Source: Owenia fusiformis
Taxonomy: Eukaryota
Direction: 5' to 3'
Length of the DNA: 64,000 bases
Assembly (NCBI GenBank): GCA_903813345.2
Contig: CAIIXF020000001.1
Coordinates: forward strand, 43,524,001-43,588,000
Shown piece by piece: positions 61,292-64,000 of the stretch; within the stretch, counting starts at the first letter, position 1; every line of letters starts with the position of its first letter. A model generated the notes under the pieces. That model had not been told where the DNA came from. It did not search any database and worked only from the letters and a program-made list of their open reading frames with translations. Position numbers and translations under genes: made by a program.

Positions 61292-61705
61292 GGTCAGGGT
61301 GCCTGATGGGAAATTTTCTGCATTCCTCAATTGAGTCACATGTTATTTTTCAAACAAGAATCACTCCTTCCCCAGAGAGTCTATATCTTCCAGGTTTGCA
61401 CAAAGAGTGCTCTTATGTGCCTAGAAAAGACTTGTGAGAAGAATGTTTTGATAAAGTGTATAAAAAACAAGAAAATTCAGTGAAAAAATTCAGAAAATGT
61501 TTAGAATTTTTTTTCACTGAATTTTCTCGTTTTTTATACATTTTACAAAACAAATCTTCTCACAACGCTTTTCTAGGCACATAAGTGCACTCTTTGTGCA
61601 AACCTGGAAGATGTAGACAATGTGGGGAAGGAGTTATTCTTGTTTGAAAAATAACATGTGACTCAATTGAGGAATGCAGAAAATTTCCCAACATGCACCC
61701 TGTCC
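61292..61705. mobile_element. Almost fully palindromic TTAA-flanked element (Kolobok-like)
   Basis: TTAA|GGTCAGGGTGC ... GCACCCTGTCC|TTAA; ~200-bp arms with a loop of about 10-13 nt at ~61497. Confidence 0.9.
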
Positions 61706-61874
61706 TTAAATCCCAGGAATTTATATTTCCTCCAAAAACATAGAATGTACCTCCTATGTAGGCAGCTAATCTTTAATATCTTCAACTTCGATTTTTTAAA
61801 AGCACAATGTCACACATAAACTGTTTACATCCACTGTTATTACTAATTAGTGCCAGATAGTGTCTATTACAGTA

Positions 61875-62140
61875 CTATACATAAATATACATCATTGTTC
61901 AGTTGATTATTTTTATGTATTGTACAGATATGTTAATGTACATCATTGTTCAGATATGATAATGTACTGTACATAAACATATCATCATTCAGTGATTTAT
62001 GTTATGTTTATATGATACATAAATACATTATTGTTCAATTGATTATTTTCATGTATTGTCCCCCATGAATACGTCATCATTCAGTTGATTATATTGGTGT
62101 TATATGCATCAATACATCATTGCTCATTTGATTATATTGC
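61875..62140. repeat. Degenerate tandem repeat (ACATCATTGTTCAGTTGATTAT core)
   Basis: About 6 diverged copies of the core motif. Confidence 0.65.
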
Positions 62141-64000
62141 TTGAATATGTTTTGTAACACATTTATTTTTATTTGCTCAGTGATGAAATACACAAGAATG
62201 TGAGAGAAAAGTAATATTTTAGTTTGTTTCTTACATTATGTATGAATGTAGAAATGTAAAATAACTTACAACACAGTAAAAATGACTAAACATACCAGGT
62301 TCACTTGTTTCAGGGATAAACTCGGATTAACTTTTCAACCCTGTACCTGTAATATATACACCACATTTATGCAGATATCCATCAAAGTTAAATACATGTT
62401 GGCATTGAAATCTGTGCATTTCCAATCCCTCTGCGCTGTGAACTCGATCTCAATTCTTACAAAATCAAAAATGCAACTAAATATTTTGCAAGTAAGTGGT
62501 TTGGGAGGTTTCAGAATATAATTACACCTTAGAAATTCATGCAGTCATTGCTTTGTTATTTGCAAATTGATTCCCTCACTTAGGGAACGAAGTTTTTCGC
62601 AAGTTTAACATTTTCTCATTTATTGAAAGATGTGCCTCGTTTAATAAGCTGGAGAATTGATTTGAAAATATCTCAGAAATGACTGGATTGTTTTTAAGTT
62701 GTAATCATATTTCAAAACTGGAACATTCAAACTATTTACCTGCCAAATTTTTAGTTGTAATTTGAAAGATAAAAGCACGAAAATCATGAAAAGAAAAAAT
62801 TCTTTTTCACTCCTTTTTCATTCGCAGCCATTTTGATACAAGGCAAAACCTCCCTCGTTTCCAGTTCATCCCCAGTGAATAGGGAAATAGGAAATTTTTT
62901 GTTTGTTTCAAACAATGAAGTTTGTAAATGTCAACATCAATCCTCACTCCTAGAATTTGGGGGTTTATTGAAGGAAGTGTTGTTCTTTAAGTGGGACAAG
63001 TTAGACATCATATAAAGAAAAAAAGTTTCACATAATATTCATCCAAAGCTTTATTTCGTTACAAAAATACATATTGATGACAGAACTAAAAATATTATTT
63101 GAATCAATGTGAATGCACACATAAGATAAGCTTAAAAAGTCAGAATTTACGGATACAGTAAAGCCAGGATGTCTCTTTGATGAGAAATGGGAACACTTTA
63201 ATTAGTTTTTTAACAGTTTTGCCCATCTGAATATCTCATCTCATCTGATGCATCATAAAATGTGCACTCTTAACAACCATCAACAAATACTCTTTATGAG
63301 TTATTTGGGAGATTCTGTTCCATATTATAAGTGGAACTGTAATACAAGCCTAAAATAAAGCCAGAAAAGAATATATTTAATTTCTCTTTAAGTTAAAATT
63401 GCATTATTCTGAAATAAGAAACACTGACTCGCTTGAAAAAATCATAGTTCTTAAAAAATACATATAAAAAGAAAATTTTCAAAATTAGAATTTTGCATGT
63501 AATTTTTCTGTTTGAAATTACCTTGATTGTACTTCTTATTGCAGATACCAATCTTTCTTGAAAGTCCATACCCTAATACAACAGCATGTGGTAATAGCTT
63601 TCCTACCAACTCTAACAGGAAAGGCAATTATTTCTTTACAATGGATCTACTATGACATACACTCTATTGAAATGTCATTTCAACCTCACCTTTCTTTAGC
63701 AAAAGTCACTTTTAGTTATATTATCACATCATTACAGTTATTTCTGTACTAATCAAACAATTGCACCTGGGGAAATTGCATACTCATCCTTCAAATTGTA
63801 TCGAATATCCATGTTCTAGTGTCATATAAGCTGTAGTGTATCCTTACGATCACCAAGATTTTAACTTCAGCTACATGCTGAGTTGGCAACCAAGAGCAGC
63901 TCGACTATTATGTATCACAACTGTAGTAAGTATTTACACATTCTCAGAACCTGGTCGATTTCCCCAATAAATACCCTCTAAATTCCCTCGCAGTATCCCT

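Overview
AT-rich genomic DNA from an intron-rich metazoan invertebrate; a mollusc or other lophotrochozoan is plausible but is inference only. Five protein-coding genes were assembled by hand from splice signals and recalled homology: the 3' part of SMG8 (+, 242-4276), an intronless SNRNP27 CDS (-, 9136-9609), a 413-aa SDS22-type LRR/coiled-coil gene (+, 12617-17922), eIF3i (-, 26926-20771) and a DIPP/NUDT3-type Nudix hydrolase (+, 30217-50494). Two of them, SMG8 and eIF3i, contain a GT-AG U12-type (minor spliceosome) intron. The rest is dominated by non-autonomous mobile elements: TTAA-flanked foldbacks (Kolobok-like), TA-flanked Tc1/mariner/pogo-like MITEs, 8-bp-TSD elements, Helentron-associated (HINE-like) elements with internal tandem arrays, a solo LTR, tRNA-like cassettes inside elements, and minisatellites. 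There is no prokaryotic system, CRISPR array, rRNA or intact transposase. I found no clearly new biological system. The best leads are the SMG8 terminal minor intron with its own stop and poly(A) signal, a tRNA-Pro-like/AGC Pol III cassette inside a DNA transposon, a transposon insertion hotspot in a ~190-bp tandem repeat, and an internally inverted mariner derivative.
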